From contig CALXRR010000001.1 in NCBI GenBank assembly GCA_944390905.1, positions 1 through 62,280 on the forward strand: a DNA stretch of 62,280 nt, in the 5' to 3' direction. The stretch comes from an uncultured Alphaproteobacteria bacterium. Lineage in GTDB: Bacteria; Pseudomonadota; Alphaproteobacteria; RF32; CAG-239. The notes under the pieces were generated by a model, which was not told the origin of the DNA, did no database searches, and was given only the letters and a program-made list of their open reading frames with translations. Every line of letters begins with the position of its first letter. The first letter of the stretch is position 1. This document shows positions 42,473 through 52,625 of the stretch, one piece after another. A program made the translations under genes and the position numbers.

Positions 42473-43309
42473 TTAAATTTTTATTTCAGGTTTATATCGG
42501 TTTTTATAATTGATAGATTGGAGCAAGTTTTCAGCTAGGTCAAAACAATAAGCAATATGTTCAACCGTATGAGCATCATCACTAACAATCAGCGGAACTT
42601 GACGATTGTTTAACTCTTCAATCATCCAAAGGTGAGGGTGCTGCTCGCCAACTTTGCGCCAGCCGCTGGTGTTTAGCTCATAAGGCTGATTATATTCGGC
42701 AAGGGTATCGATTACTTTGCGCTTCCAGACATCCCATTTGGGCTCAACTCCAAGGTTAAACAGTTTGCAGACATCTAAATGAGCTATAAAGTCAAAATAT
42801 CCGCTCTGGATAGATTCGATAATGTTTTGCCAATAGTTAACCATAAGTTCTTCAACCATAGAGGATGAACAATTTGATTCTTTCAGGTGATACAAGTTCA
42901 AAACCAAACTTTCATCTGCAGTGCGGATGCAGTGAGTCGAACCAATCAAATAATCAGGCTTGGCAGCCGAAATGATTTCTTCAAAGTCATCACGCCAACG
43001 ACGGGAAGGAAAAAAATCTACCTCAAAACCGGCATAGACTTTTATCGGCGCGGTTTGGGCTTTTTCTTTAATATCATTAACAACGGCGGTCATTATCTCT
43101 TTGTTTTTTTGCTTGTCAGCATGGAACATTTTATCATTTTTTTGAGCCTCAGAGCTGGTATGCATATTGGGGTGGTATATCAGGTGGTTGGAGATACCTA
43201 ATTCTGTATATCCGGCCTTATAGGCAGCATCAATCATCTCGGATACAGAGTTGTGACCGTCAAACAAACCAAAGCTGTTGGTATGTGTATGGTAAGAAAA
43301 AGTTTGCAT
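42473..43309 (-). CDS. PHP-domain phosphoesterase (histidinol-phosphatase HisJ-like family)
   Basis: YHTHT N-terminus with later conserved H/D residues (GSTHC, IAHLD, SDDAH). Confidence 0.7.
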   Translation of the reverse strand: MQTFSYHTHTNSFGLFDGHNSVSEMIDAAYKAGYTELGISNHLIYHPNMHTSSEAQKNDKMFHADKQKNKEIMTAVVNDIKEKAQTAPIKVYAGFEVDFFPSRRWRDDFEEIISAAKPDYLIGSTHCIRTADESLVLNLYHLKESNCSSSMVEELMVNYWQNIIESIQSGYFDFIAHLDVCKLFNLGVEPKWDVWKRKVIDTLAEYNQPYELNTSGWRKVGEQHPHLWMIEELNNRQVPLIVSDDAHTVEHIAYCFDLAENLLQSINYKNRYKPEIKI

Positions 43310-43337
43310 TAAATCCTCCTGATTACAGGAGGACAGA

Positions 43338-43961
43338 TTACTTAGAAATGCTTAAAATTTCATAAATATCGCGTTGGCATTTTTCATCAAAATATGATTT
43401 TAGGTCATATAATTGTTGGAGGATATGAGCTTGCGCCTCGGGGGTGGTGTTATAGCGCTTGGCAATATCGGCCAGACGATCTTCAAAACTACAAATACGC
43501 CCTTTATTATTAAGCATATCAATCATAGCGATTAGTTTATCATAATCGTTAAAGGTAAAGTCTTTCATTATCTCGCGGCTTTCAGCGAGGTAATCCTTAA
43601 AATGGATATAATCTTCATCTTTGAAGTCAGGAGTATAAAAACTATGAGTCATACAAACCTGAGCAATTTCATCATACCCCAAAGACTTCATATAACGATA
43701 GCCGACAATGCCATGGAAGATGTTTTCGTTCCATTCATCAATCATGCGGCCGCAATCGTGGAGCAGCCCCATGGCATAAGCCTTGCGCCACTCCAGAGTT
43801 TTGGTCTTTTTTGCCAGAGCCTCGGCAATCTTGGCAACCAGACGGCAATGAGCACGAAATGAGGGTTCCATATTGCCAACAAAAGGGTGCTGGGTGGCAT
43901 TACGGACTTCAATGACTTTTTCAAAAATCTGTTCAGCTTCGGCAATAGTCGGAAAACTCAT
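43338..43961 (-). CDS. HD-domain metal-dependent phosphohydrolase
   Basis: H...LLHDCGR motif. About 207 aa. Confidence 0.7.
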   Translation of the reverse strand: MSFPTIAEAEQIFEKVIEVRNATQHPFVGNMEPSFRAHCRLVAKIAEALAKKTKTLEWRKAYAMGLLHDCGRMIDEWNENIFHGIVGYRYMKSLGYDEIAQVCMTHSFYTPDFKDEDYIHFKDYLAESREIMKDFTFNDYDKLIAMIDMLNNKGRICSFEDRLADIAKRYNTTPEAQAHILQQLYDLKSYFDEKCQRDIYEILSISK

Positions 43962-43990
43962 AATAGAACCTCTTTAAATATAATAAGCAG

Positions 43991-44004
43991 TTTAAATACA
44001 GTGT
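43991..44004 (+). repeat. 14-mer TTTAAATACAGTGT, copy 3 (immediately 3' of the mnmG stop)
   Basis: Exact match. It abuts the stop-codon complement at 44005-44007. Confidence 0.9.
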
Positions 44005-45861
44005 TTAAGCTTTTTTGATAAAGCCTAAAATGGCAGCAATAGCGGCCGGAGTAACCCCTGGGATACGAGAGGCCTCACCAATGGTTGACGGTTTGACTTT
44101 GGTTAGTTTTTGAACCATCTCTCGCGACAAGCCACCGATGTGACTATAATCTATATCATCACGGATTTTTAATTTCTCATCTTTTTTGAAGACTTCAATA
44201 TCTGCCTCTTGGCGTTTGATATAACCGGAATAACGAGCCTCAATTTCAAGCTGCTCAAAAATATCATCAGGCATAGATGCCAGCTCCGGCCAAAAATGGT
44301 TGATTGTTTCACGTGAAACAGAATCATATGACATTAAATTATATGCCGTGCGTTTGGTGCCGTTCTGCTTTACTTTTAAACCTATGTTTTCAATATCAGC
44401 GTGCTTGGTGCTGAGCTCTTGAGTAAGAGTGCGGTACTTGTCCAGAGCAGCTTTTTTAGCTTTAAATACAGTGTATCGTTCATCACCAACAACGCCAATA
44501 TCGTGCCCTTTTTCAGTCAGGCGCAAGTCGGCATTATCAGCTCGCAATAATAATCTGTATTCAGAGCGAGAAGTAAACATACGGTATGGCTCATCGACCC
44601 CTTTGGTGATTAAGTCATCAATCATTACACCGATATAGGCCTCACTACGGTCAATGACAAACTCTTGACCGTCGCCTTTGGCTTTAAGCGCGGCATTGAT
44701 GCCGGCAACAACACCTTGGGCAGCGGCTTCTTCATAACCGGTAGTGCCGTTGATTTGTCCGGCCAAGAAAAGTCCGGGGGCTTTTTTGAGCTCCAAGCAA
44801 TGGTTGAGCTCTTGCGGGTCAACATAGTCATATTCTATGGCATAAGCATAGCGCAGAATTTTGACGTTCTCCAGACCTTCCATGGTATGAATAAAAGCTT
44901 CTTGAACATCTGCCGGCAGAGATGTCGATATACCATTAGGGTAGACAACATCGGTATTATAACCTTCAGGCTCAAGAAAAATTTGGTGACTGTCACGATC
45001 AGGAAACTTAACAAGTTTATCTTCAATACTAGGGCAATAGCGGGGGCCGATGCCTTTAATTAAACCAGAGAAGAGGGCGCATTTTTCAAAGTTATCACGA
45101 ATAATTTGATGGGTGCGCAAATTGGTACGAGTTACACCGCACTGAATTTGCGGCTGAGGCAGGCTTTCAGTCAGAAAAGAAAAAGGTATCGGATTAGCAT
45201 CACCGTCTTGTTTGGGCAAGATATCCCAATTGATGGTTTTGCTGCTTAAACGTGCCGGCGTGCCGGTTTTTAAGCGGCCGACTTTTAAGCCTAAATCGTT
45301 TAAATACGGTGTTATACCTGTACAACTAACATCATTAACACGGCCGCCGATAGTGGCTTGATGTCCGGTAAACATTACACCATTCAAAAATGTACCGGAG
45401 GTTAAAACAACTGCCTTAGATTTGATGGTTGAGCCATCAGCCAAAATGACTCCACAGACCTTATTATGTTCAATCAGCAGTCCTTCAACCGCAGCCTCAA
45501 TCAAAGTCAAATTGGGTTGAGCTTGCAGGGCTTCAAGCATATAATGGCGATAAAGTTCTCGGTCAGCTTGAGCACGAGGGCCTCGAACAGCCGGTCCTTT
45601 AGAGGCATTAAGCATACGAAACTGTATACCGGCTTTATCAATAACACGTCCCATTAAGCCGTCAAGGGCATCAATTTCACGCACAAGGTGGCCTTTGCCC
45701 AAGCCGCCAATAGCCGGATTGCATGACATTTCACCAATGGTGGATAGTTTATGGGTAACCAGAGCGGTTTTGGCTCCCATACGGGCTGACGCAGCGCAAG
45801 CCTCACAGCCGGCATGACCGCCGCCAACAACGATTACATCAAAATCTTGATTGTTATTCAT
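44005..45861 (-). CDS. mnmG: tRNA uridine-5-carboxymethylaminomethyl synthesis enzyme MnmG (GidA)
   Basis: [17 protein letters not shown] motif. Full-length GidA pattern. Confidence 0.97.
   Translation of the reverse strand: MNNNQDFDVIVVGGGHAGCEACAASARMGAKTALVTHKLSTIGEMSCNPAIGGLGKGHLVREIDALDGLMGRVIDKAGIQFRMLNASKGPAVRGPRAQADRELYRHYMLEALQAQPNLTLIEAAVEGLLIEHNKVCGVILADGSTIKSKAVVLTSGTFLNGVMFTGHQATIGGRVNDVSCTGITPYLNDLGLKVGRLKTGTPARLSSKTINWDILPKQDGDANPIPFSFLTESLPQPQIQCGVTRTNLRTHQIIRDNFEKCALFSGLIKGIGPRYCPSIEDKLVKFPDRDSHQIFLEPEGYNTDVVYPNGISTSLPADVQEAFIHTMEGLENVKILRYAYAIEYDYVDPQELNHCLELKKAPGLFLAGQINGTTGYEEAAAQGVVAGINAALKAKGDGQEFVIDRSEAYIGVMIDDLITKGVDEPYRMFTSRSEYRLLLRADNADLRLTEKGHDIGVVGDERYTVFKAKKAALDKYRTLTQELSTKHADIENIGLKVKQNGTKRTAYNLMSYDSVSRETINHFWPELASMPDDIFEQLEIEARYSGYIKRQEADIEVFKKDEKLKIRDDIDYSHIGGLSREMVQKLTKVKPSTIGEASRIPGVTPAAIAAILGFIKKA
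44305..44320. promoter_or_regulatory. parS centromere site (TGTTTCACGTGAAACA), inside mnmG
   Basis: Second perfect copy. It encodes VSRET within [10 protein letters not shown]. Confidence 0.9.
44461..44474 (+). repeat. 14-mer TTTAAATACAGTGT, copy 4 (inside mnmG; read as Y-T-V-F-K)
   Basis: Exact match. Confidence 0.9.
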
Positions 45862-45974
45862 TTCTCATAAAGCCTTTATTGATTTTGTATCAGGTTTTAC
45901 AACAGCTTGCGCCTGATTGCAAGTCTTATTTTGGCAATAGGAGGTTGATTTTAAACGATTTTTATTTAAACAAG

Positions 45975-45988
45975 TTTAAATACATCGT
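45975..45988 (+). repeat. Degenerate copy of the 14-mer (TTTAAATACATCGT, 12/14), mnmE-mnmG spacer
   Basis: Same strand, 29 nt upstream of copy 5. Confidence 0.5.
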
Positions 45989-46016
45989 TCAAATAGAGCA
46001 TAAAAACAAAACAAAG

Positions 46017-46030
46017 TTTAAATACAGTGT
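46017..46030 (+). repeat. 14-mer TTTAAATACAGTGT, copy 5 (abutting/overlapping the mnmE stop)
   Basis: Exact match. The last T is the first nt of the stop-codon complement (46030-46032). Confidence 0.9.
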
Positions 46031-47373
46031 TATTTGCCTATACAGAAACTACCGAAGATTTTATCTAAGATTTCATCAACCTCTATGCGGCCGGTGATTT
46101 TACCGATTTCTCTGGCAGCTAAGCGGATATCCTCAGCGGAAAGCTCTATCTCTTTATCAAGGTTAAACAGTTTTAAGGAGGTGAGGGCAGAGGACAAAGC
46201 TTCACGATAACGAGCACGGGTTATCAGAATATTAGAGTTAGAAGTAAACTTGTCACTGATAATATTGCCAATAGTGCTAAGCAAGCTATCAATACCTTGT
46301 TGGTGTTTGGCAGAAATAACCAAATTGCCAGCCGAAAGTAAAGATGAACATTGCTCAGCGGTAAGGTTGTCACTCTTATTAGCAACGTACAACATTTTAT
46401 TATGGAATGTTTTAGCAATATTATCAAACACTTGAACGGTGTCTTGTGAGGCATCATACAAACAAATCAGTAAATCAGCGTCTTGGATTTTTTGATAAGC
46501 TATCTCAACCCCTTGGCGCTCAATGGCTTCCTCGGTTTCACGAATGCCGGCGGTGTCGGTAATAATCACCGGATAACCATTCAAATCAAGGTGGATATCA
46601 ATAGCGTCTCGGGTAGTGCCGGCAATATCTGAGACAATTACGACATCACGCTTGGCTATGGCATTAAGCAAGCTGGACTTGCCGGCATTGGGGCGGCCGA
46701 CAATAACAACCCGAAAACCTTCACGCAATCTTTCTCCGATATTATCTGAGGCAAGGTGGTGTTCTATGGATTGGCGAAGTTTAAATACAGTGTTATTGAT
46801 ATCAGCAACAACGGTTTCAGGTATCTCTTCATCCGGAAAATCAATATAAGCCTCAAGATGAGCCATAATGTTAACCAGCTGCTCGCGCCATTCTTCATAC
46901 AGATTTTTTAAGCTGCCTTCCATTTGGCGCAGGGCATATTTTTGCTGGGCTTGGGTTTCAGCATCAATCAAATCAGCCAGACCCTCAGCCTCGGTTAAGT
47001 CCATCTTATGATTATAAAAGGCTCGTTTGGAAAATTCTCCGGCCTCGGCCATGCGAAAATCAGGAATCCGGCTCAGATTGTCCAGAACACTCGAAATCAC
47101 GGCGCGGGAGCCATGGGTATGCAGCTCGATGATATCCTCTCCGGTGAACGAATTTGGCCCCTTAAAATATAACAATAGGCATTTATCTAAGGTATCAACT
47201 CCGGAAAGTGATTTTAAATCAAGGAAATAGGCATAGCGGGCCTTGAGCTTGGAAGTGTCAAGCTTGGTCATTTGACGCACGACATCCAACGCCTTGCTGC
47301 CGGAAATGCGAATCACCGCTACTCCCGATTTGCCCAAAACGGTTGAAAGTGCATAAATGGTCTTGTTATCCAT
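46030..47373 (-). CDS. mnmE: tRNA modification GTPase MnmE (TrmE)
   Basis: GRPNAGKSSLLN G1 motif, DTAGIR G3 motif, C-terminal FCIGK. Confidence 0.97.
   Translation of the reverse strand: MDNKTIYALSTVLGKSGVAVIRISGSKALDVVRQMTKLDTSKLKARYAYFLDLKSLSGVDTLDKCLLLYFKGPNSFTGEDIIELHTHGSRAVISSVLDNLSRIPDFRMAEAGEFSKRAFYNHKMDLTEAEGLADLIDAETQAQQKYALRQMEGSLKNLYEEWREQLVNIMAHLEAYIDFPDEEIPETVVADINNTVFKLRQSIEHHLASDNIGERLREGFRVVIVGRPNAGKSSLLNAIAKRDVVIVSDIAGTTRDAIDIHLDLNGYPVIITDTAGIRETEEAIERQGVEIAYQKIQDADLLICLYDASQDTVQVFDNIAKTFHNKMLYVANKSDNLTAEQCSSLLSAGNLVISAKHQQGIDSLLSTIGNIISDKFTSNSNILITRARYREALSSALTSLKLFNLDKEIELSAEDIRLAAREIGKITGRIEVDEILDKIFGSFCIGK
46780..46793 (+). repeat. 14-mer TTTAAATACAGTGT, copy 6 (inside mnmE; read as N-T-V-F-K)
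   Basis: Exact match. Confidence 0.9.
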
Positions 47374-47574
47374 AATACCTATCCTTAAAAAATTTTTTAT
47401 TGCATGACTAAGGTATAGTAAACTTCAAAATTTTATGCAAGTTTTAAAAATCGCGTTTTTAGGGACTCTACAGCGCTTGTTTATCTAAAGTTAACCAAAC
47501 TATCATAGACTGAGCTAAATTCGCTTGTACGGGCTTTATACGGACTCGATTTTTTTCTAGTTTGGATTGTAAAA

Positions 47575-48249
47575 ATGAATAAAAATATTTATAAGTTGAT
47601 TATATGGGATTTTGACGGCGTAATCGCCGACTCTGAAAAAATTTGGTTGGAGAATCGAAAAAACTTTTTTCGTGACCGTTTGGGGGTGAACTGGGATTTT
47701 GAGGAAGTTAATCGGCTGTTCGGCGGGCAAGCTGACAAAACCAAAAGAGATACTCTCCTCAAAATGGGATACCCGACCGATGATAAGTTTTGGGGAGACG
47801 TGCTCCAAATTGATACGCAATATATGGAAAAACACGGCTTGGAAGTAATGCCGGGGGTGATGGATATTTTGAAAAATAACCACATAAAACAATGTATTGC
47901 TACCGGCGGAATTTTAAGCAAAACCTTGCTGAAGCTGAAAGCGATTAATTTTGGTAACATAATCCCTAAAGAACATATTTTTACTGTGGACTTGGTAGAA
48001 AAAGGAAAGCCGGAGCCGGATTTGTTTTTATATGCCGCCAAAGCTATGGGTGAAAAACCTGAAAATGCTGTGGTGATTGAGGACTCTATTGCCGGTATGA
48101 CTGCCGGACTAAAGGCAAAAATGACCGTCATTGCCTTCCTTGGTGCAAAAATGTACCAAAATCATGATTATATTAATAAGGTGAAAAAACTCGGTGTGGC
48201 CAAGATTTGCTTTGATATGCAAGAGGTAAAGCAATTTTTGCAAATTTAA
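47575..48249 (+). CDS. HAD-superfamily hydrolase, subfamily IA (phosphatase / beta-phosphoglucomutase-like)
   Basis: IIWDFDGVIADSE motif I. KGKPEPD and IEDSIAGM motifs. Confidence 0.8.
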   Translation: MNKNIYKLIIWDFDGVIADSEKIWLENRKNFFRDRLGVNWDFEEVNRLFGGQADKTKRDTLLKMGYPTDDKFWGDVLQIDTQYMEKHGLEVMPGVMDILKNNHIKQCIATGGILSKTLLKLKAINFGNIIPKEHIFTVDLVEKGKPEPDLFLYAAKAMGEKPENAVVIEDSIAGMTAGLKAKMTVIAFLGAKMYQNHDYINKVKKLGVAKICFDMQEVKQFLQI

Positions 48250-48325
48250 TATTTGACAAAAAGGTTTGTTGTCTATATGCTACTCACCATTATTTTATTT
48301 TTATAACTTATAATTTTTTTATATT

Positions 48326-48970
48326 ATGATGGATACCAGAAAAATTGCTGCAATTTATAATGGCGGCGTGCAAGCTTATCGGGAAATGTTGGATATTTTG
48401 GAATCTGTACAATTAATCCAAGATGTTGAATTACGAGACAATTATTTGTGCGTTGATCATTCAGCTGAAAACATGATTAAAAGTGCTCACAAGATTTTTG
48501 TTAAGGAGTTTCCGGAAAGTTTTGCGGAATGTATTAATAGTGATGTCTTTGATATTGAGGCTTTTTATAAGCTGATTGATGAAAATCATGAGATTATTGC
48601 ATGCTGTGAAGACAAGTTTTTTGATTTTGTTAAACAACATGTGGAGACTAATGTCGGCGGCTTGAAACATACTTTGATGTTTAATTGGAATTGGACATCT
48701 ATCTATGGTGCTTTAAGTTGTGAGCAAATAAAAGAGTATGTTAAAGAAACAAAATCTCCGGCTTTTGAAAAAATGGTGCTGGCTATTGCTCGGCATATTG
48801 ATTTGATTCAGGCTCAAAAGCAGCAGATGGCGATTTTATTCTTCAAAAATGCAGCGGAGTTTGATTATCCTAACTTTAAAGAAAGAATAATTGAAGATTT
48901 GCAGAAAAATCAGTCTTTTGAAGCTTGGATAAACGAGGCTATTGAAACCTTAAAAAAAGGAGAAGTTTAA
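48326..48970 (+). CDS. Hypothetical protein (214 aa)
   Basis: Clean ORF with its own terminator. No recognisable motif. Confidence 0.6.
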   Translation: MMDTRKIAAIYNGGVQAYREMLDILESVQLIQDVELRDNYLCVDHSAENMIKSAHKIFVKEFPESFAECINSDVFDIEAFYKLIDENHEIIACCEDKFFDFVKQHVETNVGGLKHTLMFNWNWTSIYGALSCEQIKEYVKETKSPAFEKMVLAIARHIDLIQAQKQQMAILFFKNAAEFDYPNFKERIIEDLQKNQSFEAWINEAIETLKKGEV

Positions 48971-48988
48971 CACTTCTCCTTTTTTTTA
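48959..48988 (+). terminator. Rho-independent terminator (the stop codon lies in the loop)
   Basis: ggagaagt-ttaac-acttctcc followed by a T-run. Confidence 0.75.
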
Positions 48989-48998
48989 TTTATTATAC

Positions 48999-50252
48999 TT
49001 AACTATTCATATTATTGAAAAAGTCGTGGTTGTCTTTGGAGACCTTTAACTTATCAAGCAAAAATTCCATACCGTCGGTCATGCCCATCTGCATCAGGAC
49101 GCGACGCAAAACCCACATCTTGGATAAGGTTTGACGGTCAACCAAAAGCTCTTCTTTACGTGTACCGGAACGGGTAATATCAATGGTAGGAAATAGTCTT
49201 TTATCAACCAATTTTCTATCCAAAATGATTTCAGAGTTGCCGGTACCTTTGAATTCTTCAAAAATAACTTCATCCATGCGTGAACCGGTATCAATCAAAG
49301 CAGTGGCAATAATCGTCAAAGAGCCGCCTTCTTCAACATTGCGGGCTGCACCCAACAAACGTTTGGGGCGTTGGAGAGCATTGGCGTCAACACCTCCGGT
49401 CAAAACCTTGCCTGAAGAGGGGATGACGGCATTGTAAGCACGGCCTAAACGAGTGATGGAATCGAGCAAAATAACAACGTCTTTTTTGGTTTCAACCAAG
49501 CGCTTGGCCTTTTCAACTACCATTTCGGCTACTTGAACATGGCGAGCGGCCGGCTCATCAAAGGTAGATGAGATAACCTCGCCTTTAACCGAACGAGTCA
49601 TGTCGGTTACTTCTTCAGGACGCTCATCAATCAGCAGAACCATGAGGTAAACCTCGGGGTGATTAGCTGCAATCGCATGAGCAATATTTTGCAGCATAAC
49701 TGTTTTACCGGTGCGCGGCGGCGCTACTATCAGACCTCGTTGGCCTTTACCTTGCGGGGCTATTAAATCTATGACACGAGTAGTATAATCTTTTTCACCG
49801 CAGATAATATCAAAGTTAAGCTTTTGAGTTGGATACAACGGTGTAAGGTTGTCAAAATTAACTCTGAGTTTGGATTTTTCAGGGTCTTCAAAGTTAATAC
49901 GATTGATTTTGGTTAGTGCAAAATAACGCTCGTTATCTTTGGGAGCGCGGATTTCGCCTTCGACAGTGTCTCCAGTGCGAAGACCATATTTTTTGACTTG
50001 TTGCGGAGAAACATATATATCATCCGGACTGGCCAAATAATTGGACTCCGTTGAACGCAAAAAACCAAAACCGTCGGGTAAAACTTCAATAGTGCCGTCA
50101 CCTAATATTACTTCATCATCTGAGGCGACTTTTTTTAATATGGCAAAAATCAGGTCCTGAACACGCATGGAAGATGCGTCTTCAATGCCGAGTTCTTCAG
50201 CTTGGGTAAGCAAGGCCTTGGGAGATTTTTGCTTGAGCTCTTGTAAATGCAT
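48999..50252 (-). CDS. rho: Transcription termination factor Rho
   Basis: N-terminal Rho_N, cold-shock-like RNA-binding domain, PPRTGKT Walker A, full length. Confidence 0.97.
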   Translation of the reverse strand: MHLQELKQKSPKALLTQAEELGIEDASSMRVQDLIFAILKKVASDDEVILGDGTIEVLPDGFGFLRSTESNYLASPDDIYVSPQQVKKYGLRTGDTVEGEIRAPKDNERYFALTKINRINFEDPEKSKLRVNFDNLTPLYPTQKLNFDIICGEKDYTTRVIDLIAPQGKGQRGLIVAPPRTGKTVMLQNIAHAIAANHPEVYLMVLLIDERPEEVTDMTRSVKGEVISSTFDEPAARHVQVAEMVVEKAKRLVETKKDVVILLDSITRLGRAYNAVIPSSGKVLTGGVDANALQRPKRLLGAARNVEEGGSLTIIATALIDTGSRMDEVIFEEFKGTGNSEIILDRKLVDKRLFPTIDITRSGTRKEELLVDRQTLSKMWVLRRVLMQMGMTDGMEFLLDKLKVSKDNHDFFNNMNS

Positions 50253-50388
50253 TAATTAACCTTATATTTGTGATTATTTATTTAAGAATGAATTGTTTGG
50301 CAGGGATGATGATATTGAATATTGTCCCTTGTTGATTTGTTTATAGGATTTAAATTGGAAAGAGTCAATTGTTTGTTTTGATGAAAGG

Positions 50389-50397
50389 TTATGCACA
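50389..50397. promoter_or_regulatory. DnaA-box-like 9-mer TTATGCACA (1 mismatch)
   Basis: Compared with TTATCCACA. Confidence 0.4.
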
Positions 50398-50462
50398 GAC
50401 CGACCTGCCCTATCATTTAAATTTTAAAATTTTAGTAGTGATTTGTATATGCCTGTGAGTTA

Positions 50463-50471
50463 TGTGGATAA
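50463..50471. promoter_or_regulatory. Perfect DnaA box (TGTGGATAA = complement of TTATCCACA)
   Basis: Exact 9/9 match. Confidence 0.6.
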
Positions 50472-50487
50472 GTTTTAAAAGGCTCTC

Positions 50488-50502
50488 TTAATACGCTGTT
50501 AA
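50488..50502. promoter_or_regulatory. CtrA-type box TTAA-N7-TTAA
   Basis: ttaa tacgctg ttaa read directly, 17 nt from the perfect DnaA box. Confidence 0.4.
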
Positions 50503-50714
50503 TATTTTTTTAACGAATCGATGTCTAAATTTAAAGAAATTAACAAAATGTAAATTTTTCTGTCGAGTCAGGCCTTGTAAAGGACTATTTTTAGCGACTC
50601 TAAAAAAAATTTTTTAAACGCTGAAACCGAATCTGTATAAGGCTTGTGGGTAAGTCTGTAGAATAAATTTTACATTACGTGGATTAATTTGTATAAATGT
50701 CTAAAAATGATGAG

Positions 50715-50723
50715 TTATACACA
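50715..50723. promoter_or_regulatory. DnaA-box-like 9-mer TTATACACA (1 mismatch)
   Basis: Compared with TTATCCACA. Confidence 0.35.
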
Positions 50724-50778
50724 GAATGAAGAGAATTTGTGCATAAGTATCGTAACTCTTTGTTTTGAGGATGGTTTT

Positions 50779-51360
50779 ATGAAAATTGTAGCAATTACGG
50801 GCTCTATCGGATGTGGTAAAACAACTTTATCTAAGCAGGCTAGGTCTTTAGGTATGGTTGTCTTTGATGTCGATGGATGGGTGAGGCGTTTGTATAATAA
50901 AAAAGGATTTATTAAGGTGGTCGCAAAGGCTTTTCCGGAAGTTAAAAACGGTGAGGGAATCGATAAACGAAAGTTGAGAAATGTCGTTTTTAATCATCCT
51001 CTGGAGCTTAAAAAGCTTGAGGCGCTTATCCACCCATTCTTGAAAGATAATTTACGCTCAATTATTCGCAAAAATGCAAAACGTCAGGGAATCGCTTTTA
51101 TTGATGTGGCGTTGTTGTTTGAAATGGGATGGAATAAATATTGTGATGCGGTGATTGTCGCTGATGTCGATTATGAAATTCAGAAAAAAAGAGTGATGGA
51201 ACGTGATAATGTTTCTGCTGAGGATTTTGAAAAAATTAATCGCGTGCAGATGTCTAATCAGCAAAAAAAGTTGATGGCCGATGTGGTGGTGGATACTAAT
51301 AAACCAATAAATGTGCTGCGCGCAGAAATGGCTGAAATTATAAATGAGTTGGGGTGTTAA
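50779..51360 (+). CDS. coaE: Dephospho-CoA kinase
   Basis: MKIVAITGSIGCGKTT P-loop start with GAGGA 7 nt upstream. The ORF-track start at 50689 is unlikely. Confidence 0.9.
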   Translation: MKIVAITGSIGCGKTTLSKQARSLGMVVFDVDGWVRRLYNKKGFIKVVAKAFPEVKNGEGIDKRKLRNVVFNHPLELKKLEALIHPFLKDNLRSIIRKNAKRQGIAFIDVALLFEMGWNKYCDAVIVADVDYEIQKKRVMERDNVSAEDFEKINRVQMSNQQKKLMADVVVDTNKPINVLRAEMAEIINELGC

Positions 51361-51369
51361 AAAAAAGTT

Positions 51370-52074
51370 ATGGTAAACCAGATTAGAGAGATTGTATTTG
51401 ATACGGAAACAACCGGTTTTCATCCGGAAGAGGGCGATAAATTAGTGGAAATCGGTGCTGTGGAGCTGATTAATCATCTGCCGACGGGGGTGACTTATCA
51501 TCAATATATAAACCCTGAGCGCGAAGTGCCTGAAGATGCGTTTAAAATCCATGGTTTGAGCTATGATTATTTGAAAGATTTTCCGACTTTTAAGGAAGTG
51601 GCTCAAGGTTGGGTTGACTTTGTAGGCGACGGTATTTTGGTGGCTCATAATGCTTCGTTTGATATGAAGTTTATCAACTTTGAGCTCAAAGGACAGGGGT
51701 ATGAAGAGTATCCTTGGGAGAGGGTGGTCGATACTCTGGAAATCGCCCGCAAAAAATTCCCCGGATCAAGAGTGAATCTTGATGCTTTGTGTAAGCGTTT
51801 TGGCGTTGATAATACGGCACGTACTTTGCACGGTGCTTTGCTTGATGCTCAGTTGTTGGCTGAAGTATATTTGGAGCTGTTGGGCGGGCAAGAACCTTCA
51901 ATGTTGATGGATGAAAAGCCGGTGGAACATCATCATGTGGAAGCTATGGTTGCTAAAGGTGATGAGAATCGAAAGTTTAGACCGGCGCGAGATTTTCCGT
52001 TAACTGAAGAAGAGATAGCCGCACATGAAGAGTTTATTTCAACTAAATTGACTAATGCTTTGTGGAAAGCTTAG
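51370..52074 (+). CDS. dnaQ: DNA polymerase III subunit epsilon (3'-5' exonuclease)
   Basis: Exo I IVFDTETTG, Exo II VAHNASFD, Exo III HGALLDA. Confidence 0.95.
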   Translation: MVNQIREIVFDTETTGFHPEEGDKLVEIGAVELINHLPTGVTYHQYINPEREVPEDAFKIHGLSYDYLKDFPTFKEVAQGWVDFVGDGILVAHNASFDMKFINFELKGQGYEEYPWERVVDTLEIARKKFPGSRVNLDALCKRFGVDNTARTLHGALLDAQLLAEVYLELLGGQEPSMLMDEKPVEHHHVEAMVAKGDENRKFRPARDFPLTEEEIAAHEEFISTKLTNALWKA

Positions 52075-52625
52075 CCTCTTTTGCGGCGAAGCAAAATATA
52101 TAATGCACCGTTGCCGCCTTTGGCTTCTGACGGATGTTTATAAGCTAATATCAAAGGGCGGATTTCCGGTGAATTTAGCCAGTTGGGTACGGCTATCTTT
52201 AATATGCCACGAGCTGCAAAGATATCATCGTCTTGATGTGGATTTATGCCCTTGCCGGTAATGATTATTATGCAGCGTTTATTGGCGGCGTAAGATTGTT
52301 TAACGAAATTTATTACTTTGGTATAGGCTTCTTTTTCGGTGTTGCCGTGGAGGTCTAATACGGCTTCAACCTTAAACTCTTCTCGTTTGAATTTTTTGGC
52401 GGTTTGGTTGTCGATGTTAGCGGTGGAATCGATGACCAATTCAGTGCTGATTGATTTTAGTTCTGATGCTGAAATATGTGTATCTGATGGTTGGTCTATA
52501 ATTAAAGGAGCGGTTATCGGTTCAGGATAATCTTTGGGTAGTTTTTGCACATCTTTGATAGATTCTTCCCACTCGGTGAGGTCATATTCAGGCTGTTTTA
52601 GGTTCAGTTTCTGCAGGTGTTTCAT
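52071..52625 (-). CDS. Smr-domain protein
   Basis: LDLHG...IIITGKG...L Smr motifs in the C-terminal half. Confidence 0.8.
   Translation of the reverse strand: MKHLQKLNLKQPEYDLTEWEESIKDVQKLPKDYPEPITAPLIIDQPSDTHISASELKSISTELVIDSTANIDNQTAKKFKREEFKVEAVLDLHGNTEKEAYTKVINFVKQSYAANKRCIIIITGKGINPHQDDDIFAARGILKIAVPNWLNSPEIRPLILAYKHPSEAKGGNGALYILLRRKRG

Larger units (their letters stand above)
50253..50778. other. Candidate chromosomal replication origin (oriC) and/or long rho leader; 526-bp AT-rich spacer
   Basis: It contains one perfect and two 1-mismatch DnaA boxes, a TTAA-N7-TTAA box, five GANTC sites and AT-rich runs (about 50415-50450). The position between rho and coaE-dnaQ is in the usual alphaproteobacterial ori neighbourhood. 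Confidence 0.45.
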
